DNA of 64,000 nucleotides. Origin: an uncultured Myxococcales bacterium (GTDB lineage Bacteria; Myxococcota; Kuafuiibacteriia; Kuafuiibacteriales; Kuafuiibacteriaceae). A program made the position numbers and the translations under genes. Below, in pieces: positions 60,903-64,000 of the stretch (position 1 is its first letter; each line of letters opens with the position of its first letter). Location: the NCBI GenBank assembly GCA_964519665.1, contig CAZFIV010000012.1:44814-108813 (forward strand), given 5' to 3'. Below the pieces are notes generated by a model. It searched no databases. It was not told where the DNA came from and saw nothing but the letters and a program-made list of their open reading frames with translations.

Positions 60903-61031
60903 GCCTCGAAGCTCGTCGAATCTCGAAATAGGGTCGGCACGAATACCGACCCGCGTCGCGGTTGATGAGTGGAAACGGATTGTGGATTCCACGCCCCCCA
61001 CCAACCCGGGTCGACAAGCGCCGGGGCGACG

Positions 61032-61424
61032 CTACTCGCCGTCGTCGAGCGCCTTCGCGGCCTCCTCGAAGCTTTCTTGGGCGCCGCGGAGCGCCTCGCG
61101 GGCGGTTTCCGACTTTTCTCGCAGTTCGTCGGAGAGCTCAGACGCCTTATCGAGCTTGTCACCGATCTTTTCTTTGGCCTCGCGGAGCTTCTCACCGACC
61201 ACCTCGCTCCCCTCGCGGGCCGCCTCGACCGTCTTTTCGAGTTTGGCCGGTGGTTTCTTATCAGGGTTCAGCACGAAGTAGCCAACCACCCCACAAAACG
61301 CGAGAGCCGCGACGAGGGCGAGGGTGAAAATCCTCCGAATGATAAAGAACAGCACTGCCGCCAGCAGCGCGATCATCAGGGCCGCAAACGCGGGGTGGTC
61401 GGTCAAGCGCTCGAGCATTTCCAT
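61032..61424 (-). CDS. small membrane protein with charged coiled-coil tail
   Basis: AAGGAG RBS, two hydrophobic segments and an E/K/A-rich tail. Confidence 0.7.
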   Translation of the reverse strand: MEMLERLTDHPAFAALMIALLAAVLFFIIRRIFTLALVAALAFCGVVGYFVLNPDKKPPAKLEKTVEAAREGSEVVGEKLREAKEKIGDKLDKASELSDELREKSETAREALRGAQESFEEAAKALDDGE

Positions 61425-61515
61425 ACAGTTCTCCTTAGCGTTATCCTTACTGTCCTTACTGTAGAAAGCCGGCCCGGTCGATCCCTGCTCTCTACGTGCT
61501 CGATCGCATACTCGC

Positions 61516-62451
61516 TCATGCAGCCGCGCGAATCTCGTCGGTCGCCGTGAGCAACGAACCCAGATTTCTCAGATGGCTTTCCACCGCCGAGGCGCCTAGC
61601 TTGCGTGCGAGCTTCTTCACCAAGGCCGGCGGATAGGCCGACCGCAACATTTTCTTGCCGTTCGACGTCAGCACGCAGTGCACAATTCGCGCATCGTTAG
61701 CGTCGTCACGTTTCTCGATGAGGCCTTTGGTCTCGATGGCCTTTAGGGTTTGGGAGACCGTCCCCTTGGTGAGGTCGAGGTGCCGGCTCAGCCCGGACGG
61801 GGTGTCGGAGTTTTCTTCGCAGCTGGCCAGGTACTGAAGGGCCTCCAGCTGCACCAGCTTCAGCCCCTGGGCGGTCGCCAACTGCCGAATCTCGGCGCGA
61901 AAGATGCTGCCCAACCGGCACATGCTCTCGGAGAGATCGATGACCAACTCGGTCTCTTTACCCCGGCTTCGCTGCTTGCACGCCTTGCATTCACCGCATC
62001 GGTCGAACGCCTTTTGCTGCCGAATGGTCTGCGCCTCTGCGATAAGTGCCCGGAGGCCTGTCAACAGTGCTTTCGCCTGCCGCGGCCCTAGGCTTCGTTC
62101 GAGCTTTCTGACGAACGGCGGCACCTGCGTCGACCGCGCTATCTTACGGCCGGCCATCGTCAGCTCGCAGTGCACGATCCGAGCGTCTGCATCGTCGCCG
62201 TACTTTTCGATGAGACCTTTGGCTTCGAGCGCCTTCAGAGTCTGGGACACCGTTCCTTTGGTCAGGTCGAGGTACTCACTGAGTCCGGCTGGCGTCCGGC
62301 TGAAGTGCAAACACGACGCCAGATAATGGATGGCCTCGAGCTGGACGAGCTTGAGCCGATGGGCGGTCCCTTGCTGACGCATTTCCGCTCGAACGACGGT
62401 CGCGAGACGGCCGAGGTGTTCACAGAGAGAAGCGACGGTCACGGCGGGCAA
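61516..62451 (-). CDS. tandem (duplicated) MarR-family regulator
   Basis: Two units, each with LKLVQLEA(I/L)xYLASC...TP.GLS..LDLTKGTVSQTLKA...KGLIEK..D..DARIVHC.LT; the linker has CGECKAC. Confidence 0.9.
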   Translation of the reverse strand: MPAVTVASLCEHLGRLATVVRAEMRQQGTAHRLKLVQLEAIHYLASCLHFSRTPAGLSEYLDLTKGTVSQTLKALEAKGLIEKYGDDADARIVHCELTMAGRKIARSTQVPPFVRKLERSLGPRQAKALLTGLRALIAEAQTIRQQKAFDRCGECKACKQRSRGKETELVIDLSESMCRLGSIFRAEIRQLATAQGLKLVQLEALQYLASCEENSDTPSGLSRHLDLTKGTVSQTLKAIETKGLIEKRDDANDARIVHCVLTSNGKKMLRSAYPPALVKKLARKLGASAVESHLRNLGSLLTATDEIRAAA

Positions 62452-62569
62452 GGTAGCGACTCAGAACTTGGCTGGCAACGCCTCCCCGGTGAGTTCATGT
62501 TTCGGTCACGCGCCCTTCGCATGATTGGTCGGTCTGTGTCGTCAACGCCCCGCCAAGAACTCACTTGGA

Positions 62570-62935
62570 CTACTCAACGTTACGAAACAGGAAGCGACTA
62601 AAGAAATGTCGATTCCGAGCCACGATGTAGTAGCCAAGCTCGACGAACCAGATGAAGGGCACCCACCCCATGACTCGCGCAAACCAACGAAAGCCGACTT
62701 GCGATAGGATAAACAGGGACGCCCGACCTGCTTTGAGGACCCGTCCATCACTGGTGATGACATGCATCGCCCGACCGCACGCTTCGCGCAGCTCGGGAGT
62801 CATCGGTGGTGACGGCGCTTCTTGGTAGGGCACCGCCTCGAAGCATTCGCTTCCTTCTTGCAGCCTGACCCAGGCTACCGACCGGCGTCAGAAGCCTCAG
62901 TCGCCATCCCAAAGGATGTAGTGCTTTCGTTCCAC
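62570..62935 (-). CDS. DCC/DUF393 thiol-disulfide oxidoreductase with two in-frame UGA codons (candidate UxxU selenoprotein)
   Basis: GTG 62935 reads VERKHYILWDGD*GF*RRSVAWVRLQEGSECFEAVPYQ... in frame with the truncated ORF 62570..62833 (AMHVITSDGRV..G...ELGYYIVARNR). The TGAs at 62899-62897 and 62890-62888 sit at both Cys positions of DxxCxxC. An in-frame TAG 4 codons upstream fixes the start. Confidence 0.8.
62860..62878 (-). promoter_or_regulatory. candidate bacterial SECIS hairpin
   Basis: mRNA GUAGCCUG-GGU-CAGGCUGC (8 bp including one U.G pair, G-rich loop), starting 9 nt after the second UGA. Confidence 0.65.
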
Positions 62936-63027
62936 ACCTGAAGCCTAGCAGCCCGCCTTCCGCCGATCACTACCTGTTCGACCCGAAGCGGAATCTCAAA
63001 CCGCCCGCTGCATGCGCCCGCTATTCG

Positions 63028-63405
63028 CTACGCCCTCGGACTGGCCGCCTGAGCGCGAATAGCTTGCCGAGTGGTCTCGACCGTCTCGAACAGGAAAGCG
63101 ACCGCTTCGCCGACCTCCTCGCGCTGACGTACCATCAGCGACGCCGCCCCGGAGGCGGTCGGTATGCTCAGTGGCGACCGACGCGGCGGCACCCACAGTC
63201 CCGAGATATCGATCCGGACCCCGCCTTTGCGCGACCGAAGCCGCAGATACGCAAGCGCTCGGCCATCGCAGTCGAGGCGACGGTAAGGGGGCGGACCCGG
63301 TGTCATGACGATGCCTTCGAAGATCCGTTCGCCACTATGGGTGACGACTCGAATGATCTCGTTCATCCACTGCCGAAGGTCCCGATTCTGTTCATCGCTA
63401 TTCAT
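63028..63405 (-). CDS. hypothetical protein
   Basis: AAGGAG RBS before ATG 63405; protein-like composition (YRRLDCDGRALAYLR). Confidence 0.7.
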   Translation of the reverse strand: MNSDEQNRDLRQWMNEIIRVVTHSGERIFEGIVMTPGPPPYRRLDCDGRALAYLRLRSRKGGVRIDISGLWVPPRRSPLSIPTASGAASLMVRQREEVGEAVAFLFETVETTRQAIRAQAASPRA

Positions 63406-63856
63406 AGTGAATCTCCTTACTGACGAGCCGACTCGAGACATCGCAGGTTTCGGGCCAGAGCCCGGCTTCGAGCGGCGGAGGTTCAACCGGTATCGGGGAC
63501 GGTCACGCTTCGCAGGACCCCGCGAAATCACAAGCATTGTGACGTTTCGACCTTCGGCCGCTCAGCGCTTCGTCGTCCGACCGCCACGCGTCAACGCTGA
63601 ACCGAATCGATTTCCGTCCGTCCATCCGATTTCCGACGAACACCTACCCGACGGTTCGGACCTGCCAAGCTCGAGCGCTGACGGGTCGACCGCCGGTCGG
63701 TATAGCGATGCGTTGGACGAGGTCAGATCGACGAACGGGCCGAAAGAGATCGGCGTCGGGGGCACAAGGAGACAGAAACGGCGCTCGATGGGGGCCGCGA
63801 GGCAGGGACGCAACGTTGGCCATCATCAGCTGACGTCCAACGATGCGCACCGCTCG

Positions 63857-63895
63857 AAGGGTCGGCGGCGGCCGGGCGGCGCCCGCCGAGCCCTT
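63857..63895 (-). terminator. GC-rich hairpin downstream of the partial minus-strand gene
   Basis: AAGGG-TCGGCGG...CCGCCGA-G-CCCTT stem with one bulge. Confidence 0.4.
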
Positions 63896-63907
63896 ACGAA
63901 GCCGACC

Positions 63908-63970
63908 GGCTACTCGGGCTACTCGGGCTACTCGGGCTACTCGGGCTACTCGGGCTACTCGGGCTACTCG
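63908..63970. repeat. 9-bp tandem repeat (GGCTACTCG) x7
   Basis: Seven exact copies counted directly. Confidence 0.97.
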
Positions 63971-64000
63971 TCGTCGTCATCGTCATCGTCGTCGTCGTCG
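63964..64000 (-). CDS. C-terminal end of a gene entering from the right (poly-Asp tail)
   Basis: The minus strand reads GAC/GAT x10, GAG, TAG = DDDDDDDDDDE*. Confidence 0.65.
   Translation of the reverse strand, partial: DDDDDDDDDDE

Noticed and set aside
62570-62833. ORF-track call of an 87-aa protein starting at GTG 62833
   Set aside because: It lacks the family's N-terminal catalytic motif, which lies in frame upstream beyond two TGAs; replaced by the 62570-62935 model.
63562-63850. Small ORFs 63562..63813 and 63644..63850, or an ncRNA in this spacer
   Set aside because: No RBS, motif or recognisable tRNA/rRNA/riboswitch structure.
63908-63970. CRISPR array or Gly-Tyr-Ser coding repeat
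   Set aside because: The units are contiguous 9-mers with no spacers, there are no cas genes, and no supported plus-strand ORF covers them.

Overview
GC-rich bacterial DNA whose gene content and style suggest Myxococcota/Deltaproteobacteria (inference). From start to end: a degenerate two-component locus (two convergent NtrC-like AAA+ regulators lacking GAFTGA around a sensor with a decayed ATP-binding domain); a divergent carotenoid cluster (crtY-crtE-crtI-crtB-hydrolase-CarH/LitR-like regulator versus crtC-GT2-crtD-crtW); a small mobile-element remnant; a K+ channel; an intact PAS kinase/sigma54 regulator pair; a sirtuin; a J-like/TPR protein; XPB-like helicase plus DUF790; an MMPL/TPR-lipoprotein/SDR/OmpA run; TetR; an amidase; a PQQ-dehydrogenase remnant; an AlgD-like dehydrogenase; a hybrid kinase; and alpha-2-macroglobulin. 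It ends in a sulfur/redox-rich block: a Tat-less molybdoenzyme operon divergent from a persulfide dioxygenase-rhodanese with back-to-back sigma54 promoters, msrA, a Grx4 fusion, gcvP, NUDIX, fxsA and a tandem MarR. The most striking observation is at 62570-62935 (-). The ORF track truncates this DCC/DUF393 thiol-disulfide oxidoreductase, but the frame continues upstream through two in-frame TGA codons located exactly at the two cysteines of the DxxCxxC motif (W-D-G-D-TGA-G-F-TGA-R-R), followed by a SECIS-like hairpin. This is a candidate double-selenocysteine (UxxU) selenoprotein. All calls are by eye; no database searches were run.
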